From the IMG/VR virus record IMGVR_UViG_3300038428_000220: DNA of 64,000 bases; one strand, written 5' to 3'. The DNA comes from an uncultured virus (IMG/VR IMGVR_UViG_3300038428_000220). Lineage: Duplodnaviria > Heunggongvirae > Uroviricota > Caudoviricetes. Of the stretch, positions 63,996 to 64,000 are shown piece after piece (positions within the stretch are counted from its first letter, which is position 1; each line of letters begins with the position of its first letter). The notes under the pieces are model-generated. The model was not told the origin of the DNA. It searched no databases and worked only from the letters and a program-made list of their open reading frames with translations. A program made the translations under genes and the position numbers.

Positions 63996-64000
63996 GGCGT

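Noticed and set aside
1..64000. DGR, retron, integrase/att site, tRNA genes
   Set aside because: No reverse transcriptase, recombinase motifs, adenine-variant repeat pair or cloverleaf recognised; lifestyle cannot be determined from this window

Overview
High-GC tailed phage (or prophage) segment with a contractile tail. An alphaproteobacterial, probably Hyphomicrobiales, host is inferred from gcrA, a GapR-like gene and an alpha-type primase zinc finger. Layout: leftward replication/regulation arm (primase, MT-A70 methylase, RuvC, HNH, GcrA, Cro-like; 1-3844); twin divergent promoters; rightward recombination arm (AAA ATPase, RecE-like, putative annealase, DEDDh exonuclease, ParB-like; 4249-15172); and a long leftward late region (terminase with intein, portal, scaffold, capsid, neck, sheath/tube, tape measure, baseplate, fibres, lysis genes, then a glycosyl/methyltransferase cluster; 62390 down to 15236). 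No integrase, cI, tRNA, rRNA, CRISPR or reverse transcriptase was recognised. Main signals: (i) three elements share one IS1595-type terminal inverted repeat, one autonomous with an 8-bp duplication and two transposase-less cargo cassettes; (ii) a terminase intein starting with Pro; (iii) an IS200/IS605 element whose TCAT target is an ATGA stop/start overlap, leaving both genes intact; (iv) a highly structured non-coding region before the capsid gene; (v) a stand-alone biotinyl-domain gene; (vi) one ~80-aa module grafted into five virion proteins; (vii) a gene-encoded tmRNA-tag-like C-terminus. All calls come from reading the sequence by eye; no searches or folding were run.
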